Source of the DNA: Chamaesiphon sp.
Lineage (GTDB): Bacteria > Cyanobacteriota > Cyanobacteriia > Cyanobacteriales > Chamaesiphonaceae
DNA length: 64,000 bases
NCBI GenBank assembly: GCA_965246715.1
Contig: CBDFFH010000029.1
Location: forward strand, 64,001-128,000
Direction: 5' to 3'
The notes beneath the pieces are model-generated. The model was given only the letters and a program-made list of their open reading frames with translations. It did no database searches and was not told where the DNA came from. The position numbers and the translations under genes were made by a program. Below, in pieces: positions 45,901-54,295 of the stretch (the first letter of the stretch is position 1; each line of letters begins with the position of its first letter).

Positions 45901-46568
45901 CTAACGGGTACAATTTCAACTACCTGCTGGGTGGGGATTTGGGCAATATAGGCATGTTGACCGATCTTTGCCAACTCCACCGCGATCGCTTCTGGCGGTA
46001 AAATGAAGTCCACACAACCCGTAGCAACTGCGTGCTGTGGCATTCCCCCAAACTTGGCGGAAGCCAGATCCTGAGCGAAGGTAATCCCCCCAACAGCTTT
46101 GACAGCCGCCAATCCCAGTGCGCCATCCCCATCAGTACCTGATAATACCACCGCGATCGATCGATTTTGGCGGTGAGTAGCTAGCGATTGAAAAAAGCGA
46201 TCGACTGGTAAATTTCGCACCTGCGCCAGGTCGCGGGGTACTAACTGTAAGTTATTTCCCGCTAGCACCATTGCTGTATTCGGCGGAATGATGTAAACGC
46301 GATTTGCGATTACCTCCATGCCATCGATGACCTCAGTCACCGGCATCGTCGTCGTTCGCGCCAGTAATTGAGTCAATAGGCTCTCATGGGTCGGATCTAA
46401 ATGCTGGATCAATACGAATGCCATGCCCGTATCTGGTGGTAGCTGCTTGAGCAATTTGGTAAATGCTTCCAATCCACCTGCTGAAGCGCCCACGCCCACA
46501 ATCGGACACACTAGCTCTAGCTTGTCTTCGTGCTGCCACCCGTTAGATTGTTTTGAGGCCATCGGCAA
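42978..46568 (-). CDS. CheB-CheR-PAS-HisKA_2 histidine kinase fusion
   Basis: GASAGG and LSGTDGDG (CheB); WSAGCATGEE and CRNVLIY (CheR); EIHHRVTNNLQ and NELVTNAFKHG (kinase). Confidence 0.9.
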   Translation of the reverse strand: MPMASKQSNGWQHEDKLELVCPIVGVGASAGGLEAFTKLLKQLPPDTGMAFVLIQHLDPTHESLLTQLLARTTTMPVTEVIDGMEVIANRVYIIPPNTAMVLAGNNLQLVPRDLAQVRNLPVDRFFQSLATHRQNRSIAVVLSGTDGDGALGLAAVKAVGGITFAQDLASAKFGGMPQHAVATGCVDFILPPEAIAVELAKIGQHAYIAQIPTQQVVEIVPVSNNTLAIIFTLLKTAKGLDFTGYKSATLMRRMLRRMALHNLNRLDEYLHYLQSEPLEVEELYRDLLINVTSFFRDLFVFNTLKRKVFPAMLAAKHPGASLRIWSAGCATGEEVYSIAICLLEYLEEQEIQLPIQIFATDISEISIARARAGIYTLGQMEGVSSERIQRFFVEVEGGYQIGKSVRELCVFAKQNLIVDPPFSQLDLISCRNVLIYLGAELQKRLIPIFHYALNPNGFAILGTSETIGEFSELFDPVDKKSKIYRRKLDHKSHYLRFNNSSNLSLEKVKPLMPIDEDNRSDLDLHQEADRIVLNRYAPVGAIVNEEMNIVQFRGQTGAYLEPAAGKPSFNLFKMAKSDILVGLRAAVHQAKQQNEVVRQEGLHVQTTTGIKKIDLEVIPFKIGADRRYFLVLFEESALAGIESDATVSAVGKGGKQSALARENTRLQQELAATQAYLQAMIEEQESIESAFQVANEEILSSNEELQSTNEELETSQEELQATNEELHTINEELNGRNSELSQIDNDLQNLLSNINISILMLDGGLKIRRFTTLAQQVFNLIPTDLGRPFSDIQPNLVLPELGASIQETIDTLVTKEQEVQDRMGRWYSLRIRPYRTLDNRIDGVVMGSIDIDTLKRSAMGLEAARDYANAIVETVRQPLLVLAADFRIIRANRYFYSTFAVTPEQTEQRSIFELGNGVWDLPSLRSLLATILTSNTEFNDFEMTQPLDNREPRVLLLNARKISDDLEEQSILLAIEDITERRKSETQIQNSLVEKEVLLREIHHRVTNNLQIISSLLSLQSNRITDPLLAEILQDSQNRVRAMALIHEILYQSTNLAALNFAEYVQILVNNLFESYTVARTTISLQVDIQPDVTIGIDKAVLCGLIINELVTNAFKHGFPDGNRGQVLVKLVTSGADFLNLSVANNGQKLPADFDINNVRSMGLTLVLSLIRQIKGTLELETDEMTVFKIVFPIRP

Positions 46569-46849
46569 AGTGTAGTTGAAAGAGACGGATCGGTCAAACC
46601 AGCCCCTAAAACATTATTGCAGACCGATCGGTTTGAGGTTGTTGCGGTTGTTGAAGTTGCGACACTAGCCATTTAGCGCTCGGTAATTTTAGTATACCGC
46701 CTCCGAATCCTTACTCGACAGCGGTAACCATCTAAACTGTCGCTCTTGCCTCCACAACTCGCAGTGCAAAACGATCGGTGACGCTCGCTGAATTTAAATC
46801 TCGCTGGTAGTGCCCGATCGGCACCAGCGATCGAAAATAAGCTACACTA

Positions 46850-46975
46850 AGGTTCGGTTCGATTGGGGAGCAGCTAATCGAGGTAACGGGGAAAGTTTGG
46901 TGCAAAACCAACGCTGTCCCGCAACTGTAATGTCATCCATCGCGATCGCTAAGTCAGAATGCCCGCCGAAAGTTA
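46850..46975 (+). ncRNA. Cobalamin riboswitch
   Basis: GGTTC...AACGGGGAAAGTTTGGTGCAAAACCAACGCTGTCCCGCAACTGTAA...AAGTCAGAATGCCCGCC (B12 box) directly upstream of cobW. Confidence 0.9.
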
Positions 46976-47009
46976 AGTTCGAGTCTGTACGCTGGATACA
47001 GTTTAAGCT

Positions 47010-48044
47010 ATGGCTAGTAGGATTCCCGTTACGATTATTACCGGATTTTTGGGTAGTGGTAAAACTACTTTAATTCGGCATTTACTCACCCACAATCAAG
47101 GTCGGAGAATTGCCGTCATCGTCAATGAATTTGGCGAACTCGGTATCGATGGTGACTTGTTACGTTCTTGTCAAGTTTGCCCCGAAGATGAAGCACCAAA
47201 TAATATTGTCGAACTGACTAATGGGTGTTTGTGTTGTACCGTCCAAGAAGAATTTTTGCCCACCATGCAGGCATTAATCGCCCGTCGCGATGACATCGAC
47301 TGCATCCTGATCGAAACTTCGGGTCTGGCACTACCCAAGCCGCTGATTACCGCCTTCCGCTGGCCGGAGATTCGCACTGCTGCCACGGTTGATGCGGTAA
47401 TTACGGTCGTAGACTGCGATGCGGTCGCCGACGGTAGATTTGCCAGCGATCCGGCGAAAGTCGATCTCCTCCGTCAAGCTGATGACGAACTCGATCATGA
47501 AACTCCGCTCCAAGAATTATTTGAAGATCAATTAGCTTGTGCTGACTTGGTAATTTTAAATAAAACCGACTTAGTAAATCAGCAACAATATCAGGCTGTC
47601 ATCGACCTTATCCACCAAGAATTATCGCGATCGGTCAAAATAGTTAATAGCGATCGCGGCATTGTCGAACCTGAAGCAATTTTGGGTTTCAATTCCGCAG
47701 TAGAAGACCATCTGCACGAGCGTCCCAGTCATCACGACACCGAGGAAGCACACGAACACGATGATGAAATCGGATCGACTCATTTGGTCCTCGATCGCGA
47801 ATTCGACCCCAAACAATTGCAGCATCAATTAGAACGATTAGTCGCCGAACAGGAGATTTATCGAATTAAAGGGTTCGTCGCTGTGCCGAATAAACCGATG
47901 CGATTGGTAATGCAAGGTGTTGGCAATCGGTTCGAGCATTTTTACGATCGACCCTGGCACGCCGACGAACCACGAGAAACCCGATTGGTATTTATCGGTC
48001 AATCGATCGACTCAGCAGCGATCTCCGCTCGATTATGCCAATAG
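47010..48044 (+). CDS. cobW: Cobalamin biosynthesis COG0523 GTPase
   Basis: GFLGSGKTT, NGCLCCTV, ETSGLALPKPL, AFRWP. Confidence 0.92.
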   Translation: MASRIPVTIITGFLGSGKTTLIRHLLTHNQGRRIAVIVNEFGELGIDGDLLRSCQVCPEDEAPNNIVELTNGCLCCTVQEEFLPTMQALIARRDDIDCILIETSGLALPKPLITAFRWPEIRTAATVDAVITVVDCDAVADGRFASDPAKVDLLRQADDELDHETPLQELFEDQLACADLVILNKTDLVNQQQYQAVIDLIHQELSRSVKIVNSDRGIVEPEAILGFNSAVEDHLHERPSHHDTEEAHEHDDEIGSTHLVLDREFDPKQLQHQLERLVAEQEIYRIKGFVAVPNKPMRLVMQGVGNRFEHFYDRPWHADEPRETRLVFIGQSIDSAAISARLCQ

Positions 48045-48177
48045 ACTTGTCTCGATCGGTCTTAGGAAAAGTAACACGATCGAATTCTAATAACTAACGG
48101 TCGATCGATTATTTAGAATGCTAAGGGCAGGGCATCGATCGTGCCTGGATGGGTGCTGTCCCCTACATCATATTTCC

Positions 48178-49056
48178 ATGTCTAACGAAATCACTGGTAA
48201 AACGCTCTATCTCGTCGGTACGCCGATCGGGAACTTGGAGGATATAACGATGCGCGGCATTAAGGTATTGCAAGATGTCGATCTGATTGCGGCGGAAGAT
48301 ACTCGTCATACTGGCAAATTATTGCATCATTTCCAGATTAAGACTCCCCAGATCAGCTATCACCAGCATAACGAACAACAACGTATTCCTGAATTGATCG
48401 GTCAATTGCAAGCGGGAAAATCGATCGCCATTGTCACCGATGCGGGGATGCCGGGAATTTCCGATCCGGGCTATCTTATCGTCGCAGCTTGCGTCGCGGC
48501 GGGAATTCGGGTAATTCCTATTCCCGGTGTGACAGCAGTAATTACGGCGGTGAGTGCCTCGGGATTGCCTACCGAGCGCTTTACCTTTGAAGGCTTTTTA
48601 CCTGTTAAAGGCGAGGAACGCCGCGATCGATTAGAGTCAGTTTCCGGTGATGCCCGGACGCTGGTATTTTATGAATCGCCCCATCGCTTGCGACAAACTT
48701 TAGCAGATTTTGCCCAGACATTTGGTAGCGATCGTCAGATCGTTCTCGGTAGAGAATTAACCAAATTACATGAAGAATTTTGGCGGGGCGATATCAGTGC
48801 AGCGATCGAGCATTACACTCGCATCGAACCGCAAGGAGAATATGCGATCGTGGTTGCAGGCGCAGCTGTCAGTCCGCCAACGCTCTCGGATGAGGCGATC
48901 GAACGCGCTCTAATCGAGCTAATGTTGCAAGGGACATCTCGCTCTCAAGCTAGTCGGATCGTTGCCGAACAAATTTCTCAGCCGCGTAGATACGTCTATC
49001 AATTAGCGCTAGCGATCGATCTCGATCCCGACAAATCCTCGACTTTTCCCGCATAA
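48178..49056 (+). CDS. rsmI: 16S rRNA C1402 2'-O-methyltransferase
   Basis: LYLVGTPIGNLEDIT, AEDTR, DAGMPGISDPG, RELTKLHEE; likely ATG at 48178. Confidence 0.93.
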   Translation: MSNEITGKTLYLVGTPIGNLEDITMRGIKVLQDVDLIAAEDTRHTGKLLHHFQIKTPQISYHQHNEQQRIPELIGQLQAGKSIAIVTDAGMPGISDPGYLIVAACVAAGIRVIPIPGVTAVITAVSASGLPTERFTFEGFLPVKGEERRDRLESVSGDARTLVFYESPHRLRQTLADFAQTFGSDRQIVLGRELTKLHEEFWRGDISAAIEHYTRIEPQGEYAIVVAGAAVSPPTLSDEAIERALIELMLQGTSRSQASRIVAEQISQPRRYVYQLALAIDLDPDKSSTFPA

Positions 49057-49076
49057 CTCGATCGATTTGCCCCAAC

Positions 49077-49093
49077 TTTAACCCGAACTGACA
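49077..49093. repeat. Solo MITE terminal repeat
   Basis: tttaacccgaactgacat matches the right TIR of the MITE family. Confidence 0.55.
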
Positions 49094-49125
49094 TTAATGG
49101 CATAACATTAACCTCCCCGAAAATG

Positions 49126-50010
49126 CTATCCCAGCGCTGATAGGTCGGCAAAAGTGCCCATCGGAGCGGTTTTAATCCCCTCACAGGTGCGGCCGATCAG
49201 TCCAGCGAGGACTTTACCAGGGCCGACTTCCAGTGCGTGCTGGATCCCTAATTCAGGCAACTGGAGAGAGATTTCCCGCCACCGGACAGAACCAGTAATT
49301 TGCTTGTCGAGGCGTTCTTTGAGTTCGTTACCGTCGATTGCTGGCGTGGGTGCTACGTTCGACAATACGGGGATGCTGGCGTTGTGGAAGATGACTGGGG
49401 CGAGTAATTTGCTAAATTCGGCAGCGGCTGGTGCCATCAAGGGTGAATGGAACGCACCCGATACTTTGAGCGGAATCGCTTTTTTAACTTTAATTTTGGC
49501 AATTACCTCGGCGATACCTGCGGCGGTACCAGAAATTACAGCTTGCGCGGCACTGTTATCGTTAGCTAAGACTACATCTTCGGTTGAGGCGATCGCGTCT
49601 TCAAGTTGCACGCGATCGAATCCCAGTAAAGCCGTCATGCCCCCTCCCGCAGCCATTTCCATCAGTTCGGCGCGACGTTTGACTAGTTGCAATCCAGTTG
49701 TAAAGTCAAATACACCAGCAGCGTAGAGCGCGACATATTCACCTAAGCTATGTCCAGCAACGACAGCGGGAGCCAAGCCTTTTTTCTGAAGCAAATCGAC
49801 TAAGATACATTCAACGACATACAAACAGGGCTGCGTGTAGCAAGTATTGGCTAATTTTTCGGAATCGTGTTGACAGATATCGACTACCGACCAACCGAGA
49901 ATTTCGGTAGCGCGATCGAATGTGGTTTTAGCTGAAGCGATTTCTAATAAATCTACCCCCATATTCAGCGCTTGCGAGCCTTGTCCGGGAAATACCCATG
50001 CGGTTTTCAT
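49126..50010 (-). CDS. fabD: Malonyl-CoA:ACP transacylase
   Basis: FPGQGSQ, GHSLGEY, VSGAFHS. Confidence 0.95.
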   Translation of the reverse strand: MKTAWVFPGQGSQALNMGVDLLEIASAKTTFDRATEILGWSVVDICQHDSEKLANTCYTQPCLYVVECILVDLLQKKGLAPAVVAGHSLGEYVALYAAGVFDFTTGLQLVKRRAELMEMAAGGGMTALLGFDRVQLEDAIASTEDVVLANDNSAAQAVISGTAAGIAEVIAKIKVKKAIPLKVSGAFHSPLMAPAAAEFSKLLAPVIFHNASIPVLSNVAPTPAIDGNELKERLDKQITGSVRWREISLQLPELGIQHALEVGPGKVLAGLIGRTCEGIKTAPMGTFADLSALG

Positions 50011-50119
50011 CTTGGTTGTTATTGGTTATTTGTTATTTGTGAAGATCTCCTTTGTATTTAATGTTGGCATTTGCAAATCCTCCATATTTATCGTGGGAGC
50101 AATCCAAAATCAAAAATCC

Positions 50120-50215
50120 TCTCTTGTCTCGCTGCTTGGTGGAACGCACGCTGAAGAGACCTCAGCGCGATTCCATCCGCTTTTCGCGTCGGGAAACCCG
50201 ACGGGCGCGAGCCGC
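50120..50215 (-). mobile_element. 48 bp hairpin element containing a second 48 bp element (50133-50180), inside a CAAAATC heptamer tract
   Basis: Outer element matches 28504-28551; inner matches 17272-17319. Confidence 0.75.
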
Positions 50216-50281
50216 AAAATCCAAAATCAATTCTCCACCTGTGCTATGATAGCCGATCGCACCCCCTCATCGATCGTCATC

Positions 50282-50674
50282 ATGGGCAAACAAGTCATTC
50301 AAACCAATTTAGCGCCCGCGCCTGTCGGCCCATACAATCAAGCGATCGTTGCTACGGGTAAAATGTTATTTGTATCGGGACAAATCGCGATCGATCCCGC
50401 AACAAATCAGTTAGCGCATAGTGGTGATGTTGCCAAGCAAACCGAATTAGTGATGGCAAATCTAGCAGCAATTTTAACAGCAGCTGGCGCAAGTTTTGAA
50501 GATGTGGTGAAGACAGGGGTATATCTTCAAGATATGAATGATTTTGCGACTGTAAATGCTGTGTACGCGCGGTTCTTTGATGAAGCTACCGCTCCAGCTC
50601 GGGCTTGTGTTGAGGTCGCTCGCTTACCTAAAGACGTTTTAGTCGAAATTGACTGTATTGCAGTAGTGCCATAG
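50282..50674 (+). CDS. ridA: RidA family enamine/imine deaminase
   Basis: APAPVGPYNQA, VSGQIA, PARACVEVARLP; ATG at 50282. Confidence 0.88.
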   Translation: MGKQVIQTNLAPAPVGPYNQAIVATGKMLFVSGQIAIDPATNQLAHSGDVAKQTELVMANLAAILTAAGASFEDVVKTGVYLQDMNDFATVNAVYARFFDEATAPARACVEVARLPKDVLVEIDCIAVVP

Positions 50675-51271
50675 GAACAAAAATCGGCTTTGCTCGATAG
50701 CAGAGACTGAAGTCTCTGGGTTCCTCGGCTGACAACGGTTACAACCGCTCAGCCAAAATTTTTTTATCGATCGACCGCGACGGGGACGGATGTGGGCTGT
50801 CAAATATTTTCAGTATTTGAAAAGCGAAGACTTTCTGTTGTTTAGTAATTATGCCCGCTCGGGATAGCGAAAACTTCCCCGATCGTCAAAATGAGTAGTT
50901 ACAATTGTATTTAAGATCGGCGTGCGCGTTAACCATTAGAATATCTTGTACCCTAGTTCGCTCGGTCTTCGACCTGCTTTTTTTGTAGTCAAGACACCCG
51001 CGCTGAAACTGTTACAACAGTAACAGTCAGATTTAGCCCACGCGATCGCGAGGAAAATGTGACTGGTTATCTACCAAAATATTCTCAAACATTCATGCAT
51101 CAATTGTGGATAGTTCGCCGGCATCATCAGATCGATCTTCATAAAATATACTCAGTAATCGGGAAAATATTCGAGCAGTTATCGACCGAATAATTGTACT
51201 TAGATCGAGATTTTAGGCAAGATAAATCTCTAAATTAATTTTGCCAGCTTCCACGCCCCCCATTTCCTGAA

Positions 51272-52033
51272 TTGTTACATACTCCCATGAAAGCTAACCT
51301 GCTCTTGACTGCTATCGTTTTCACTGTATTGCCAAGTTCGATCGCTCACGCATATTCATTGCCGTCAAAAGATGCATCTGACTGGCAGGATTTTGTCTGT
51401 AATTACGGCCTACAACATTTGCCGGACAAGGAAAGGGGCGATTTAGCAGCATGTTCGCTCGCGCCCACTTTTGGTAATTCAATTCTCAGCCAAAATTGTG
51501 CTGAAGCAACCAAAAATCCGCAGCCGACTAGTAAACTACAAGTAACTAATCTCGACCCGCAAGCAGCAATTAATTATAATAATCAAGGTGTCGCTAAATT
51601 TAATTCTGGCGATAATTACGGAGCGATCGTCGAGTACGATCGAGCGATTGCAATCAATCCAAAATATGCCGAGTCCTATGTCAATCGCGGGATTGCTAAA
51701 TTTAAGGTTGGCAATATTCAAGGAGCGATAAAAGATTACGATCTGGCGATTGCAATTAATCCTCGAGATGGCGAAGCATTCTACAATCGGGGAATCGCTC
51801 AGTTTGAATCCGGTGAAGAACGATCGGCAATTAAGGATTTCGATCGAGCGCTGGCATTAAATCCCCAAGATGCGGAAGTCTATGGCAATCGCGGCTTTGC
51901 TAAATCTACTCTGGGAGATCGCAAGGGTGCAATCGCCGACTTCAACCAAGCTGCTAAAATATTCCGCCAACAGGGAAAAACGGCGGATTATCAAAAAATG
52001 ATGGGACTAATTCGGCAAATGACAACTTACTAA
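51272..52033 (+). CDS. Secreted TPR-repeat protein
   Basis: Signal peptide; four YxNRGxAK...AIxDYDxAIxINP repeats. Confidence 0.85.
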   Translation: MLHTPMKANLLLTAIVFTVLPSSIAHAYSLPSKDASDWQDFVCNYGLQHLPDKERGDLAACSLAPTFGNSILSQNCAEATKNPQPTSKLQVTNLDPQAAINYNNQGVAKFNSGDNYGAIVEYDRAIAINPKYAESYVNRGIAKFKVGNIQGAIKDYDLAIAINPRDGEAFYNRGIAQFESGEERSAIKDFDRALALNPQDAEVYGNRGFAKSTLGDRKGAIADFNQAAKIFRQQGKTADYQKMMGLIRQMTTY

Positions 52034-52045
52034 GATTCAGGGATT

Positions 52046-52660
52046 TTGAACGAATCGAGTCAAATTATCACTGCTGAGTGGTTGGATCGATCGGCTGTAG
52101 CAGTCGCACCAGACTTAATTGGCTGTACCTTGGTGCGACAGCTTGCCGATGGGCGGCAATTACGCGGGCGGATCGTCGAAACTGAAGCTTATCAGGAGGG
52201 CGATCCGGCATGTCATGCCTATCGCAAACAGACAGCACGCAATCGGATTATGTTTGGGGCTGCGGGGTATATCTATGTGTATCTAATTTATGGCATCTAT
52301 CACTGCGTAAATATTGTGACCGATCGCGATGGCTCGCCCAGTGCCGTCCTAATTCGGGCCTTGGAGCTAGATTCAGACACGATCGCCTTAACTCCTTTCA
52401 AACCAAAGGAAAAACCGGAACGAGTAGCCGCAGGGCCAGGGAAACTCTGCCAGGCGCTACAAATCGACCTGAGTTTATATGGTAGTAAACTCGAAGTCGG
52501 ACAAGCATTGTGGCTAGAAGCGCGGACTCCAGAATGGCAAGCAAATTTAGATGCAGGGGCGAGCGAACTCATCCAAACGACCAGAATCGGCCTAACTCAG
52601 GGGCTAGAATTGCCGTGGCGGTGGTATGTCAAAGGTTGCAAAGCAGTTTCCAAGTGGTAA
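52046..52660 (+). CDS. mpg: DNA-3-methyladenine glycosylase (MPG/AAG family)
   Basis: [32 protein letters not shown]. Confidence 0.9.
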   Translation: MNESSQIITAEWLDRSAVAVAPDLIGCTLVRQLADGRQLRGRIVETEAYQEGDPACHAYRKQTARNRIMFGAAGYIYVYLIYGIYHCVNIVTDRDGSPSAVLIRALELDSDTIALTPFKPKEKPERVAAGPGKLCQALQIDLSLYGSKLEVGQALWLEARTPEWQANLDAGASELIQTTRIGLTQGLELPWRWYVKGCKAVSKW

Positions 52661-52736
52661 GATCGATCGATCGCAGCGCCAGCCATCTGTTTGAGGTAAT
52701 TCATCGGCAAAATCTGCCTGTGCTCAGCTATAAATA

Positions 52737-52984
52737 ACATCAATTCGGGTTAGCATTAGCCTGGAGACTGAAGTCTCGGCTAACAATACAAAGTCCGCCT
52801 TCGCGGACTAACTAGCTAGTCCGCAAAGGCGGACTTTGTATCACTAGCACCGATTTGCGGAAAGTGCGATCTTGGGGTTTCCCCAAGTAGAGCACCTTTT
52901 CAAGACACAATCGAGTGCGGGACTCAAACGAAGCCAGTATCCTTAACCCGTTGGCGTAGCCTCTCCGGTAGGAGAAACTCACGT
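52737..52984. mobile_element. IS982-like MITE, subtype 1 (copy H) with two nested inserts
   Basis: Degenerate left TIR; 6 bp TSD TAAATA; inserts at 52857-52907 and 52951-52975. Confidence 0.8.
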
Positions 52985-53012
52985 TAAATAGAGCATCTCT
53001 AGCTAAAAGTTA

Positions 53013-54176
53013 ATGAGCGATAAATCTCCGCGTTGCATCGTTTGTAAGCAGATCTTTGACGATCGACACTGGCATTATCATCAACTGTGCGCATCCTGTG
53101 GGGACTTCAACGATCGCAAGCAACAAGCAACAGCCGATCTCAGTGGCAAAATTGCAGTAGTTACCGGAGCGAGGGTGAATATCGGTTATGGTGTGTGCCT
53201 GCGATTGTTGCGCTCTGGTGCGCGGGTAATTACCACTACGAGATTTCCCCATCACGCAGCCCAAAAATACAGTCAGGAACTTGATTTTGAACAGTGGCGC
53301 GATCGATTGCAAATTTATCCGCTCGATCTGCGCGATTTAGCGAGGGTAGAAGCATTTACGCATTATCTCGATCGCGTTTATCCACAGCTAGATATTATCG
53401 TAAATAATGCCGCGCAAACGATTCGCCGTCCGCCTGCTTATTATCGACATTTAATCGAGTTAGAAGCTCAACCTGTCAGCCAGTTGGCTCCACAATTACA
53501 GCCTTTAATTATCGCTGCTGCCGATCGGATCGAGACGAGCGATTCCGCTGCTAATTTAGCCCCACTTCAACAGCATGACTTAGTTGCGGGATTATCGCAA
53601 ATTGCCCTACTACCTGAAGACGATCTCGATCCGGCATTATTTCCGATCGACAAATACGATCGTGATGGTAACCAAATTGACTTACGATCGACAAATAGTT
53701 GGTTACTCAGAGATGATGAAGTGAGCATCGTCGAATTATTAGAGGTTCATGTTGTCAATGCGATCGCACCATTTGTAATTAATAGTCGGTTGAAAGCAAT
53801 GATGAATCGGCATCAAAATAAAGTCGATCGATATATTATCAATGTCTCGTCACAAGAAGGCAGATTTGAAGGAGTCGATAAACCCTGGCGACATCCACAT
53901 ACGAATATGGCAAAAGCCGCACTCAATCAAATGACCCGCACCTGTGCTAAAGAATATGCCAAACACGGGATCTTTATGAATGCAGTCGATCCGGGTTGGA
54001 TTAGTTTTCAACATCCACATCCGATCGCTACCGCAATGCTCGATCGCGGGACGGAACCACCATTTACAATTTTTGATGCCGCAGCGCGAATTTGCGATCC
54101 GATTTGGGTTGGATTAAATACAGGTAATAATCAGTTTGGTAGATTATTTAAAGATTACAAAATTGTCGATTGGTAA
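53013..54176 (+). CDS. SDR-family oxidoreductase with N-terminal Cys-rich (zinc-binding-like) region
   Basis: CIVC...CASC, VTGARVNIG, NNAAQT, HTNMAKAALN, DPGW. Confidence 0.85.
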   Translation: MSDKSPRCIVCKQIFDDRHWHYHQLCASCGDFNDRKQQATADLSGKIAVVTGARVNIGYGVCLRLLRSGARVITTTRFPHHAAQKYSQELDFEQWRDRLQIYPLDLRDLARVEAFTHYLDRVYPQLDIIVNNAAQTIRRPPAYYRHLIELEAQPVSQLAPQLQPLIIAAADRIETSDSAANLAPLQQHDLVAGLSQIALLPEDDLDPALFPIDKYDRDGNQIDLRSTNSWLLRDDEVSIVELLEVHVVNAIAPFVINSRLKAMMNRHQNKVDRYIINVSSQEGRFEGVDKPWRHPHTNMAKAALNQMTRTCAKEYAKHGIFMNAVDPGWISFQHPHPIATAMLDRGTEPPFTIFDAAARICDPIWVGLNTGNNQFGRLFKDYKIVDW

Positions 54177-54295
54177 TCGCAACATTTTCAAACTGTAGGG
54201 GCGGGTTTATGCTAGATATATCCGAAACTCATAAATAAGATTAAAACAAACCCGCCCAACCCCACCACCAATTAACAAATATCATATAAATTCCA

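Noticed and set aside
46810..47073. 87 aa ORF before cobW
   Set aside because: Coincides with the cobalamin riboswitch and overlaps cobW out of frame
49922..50281. N-terminal extension of RidA in the ORF track (250 aa)
   Set aside because: Overlaps fabD and reads through nested repeats; RidA homology begins at ATG 50282
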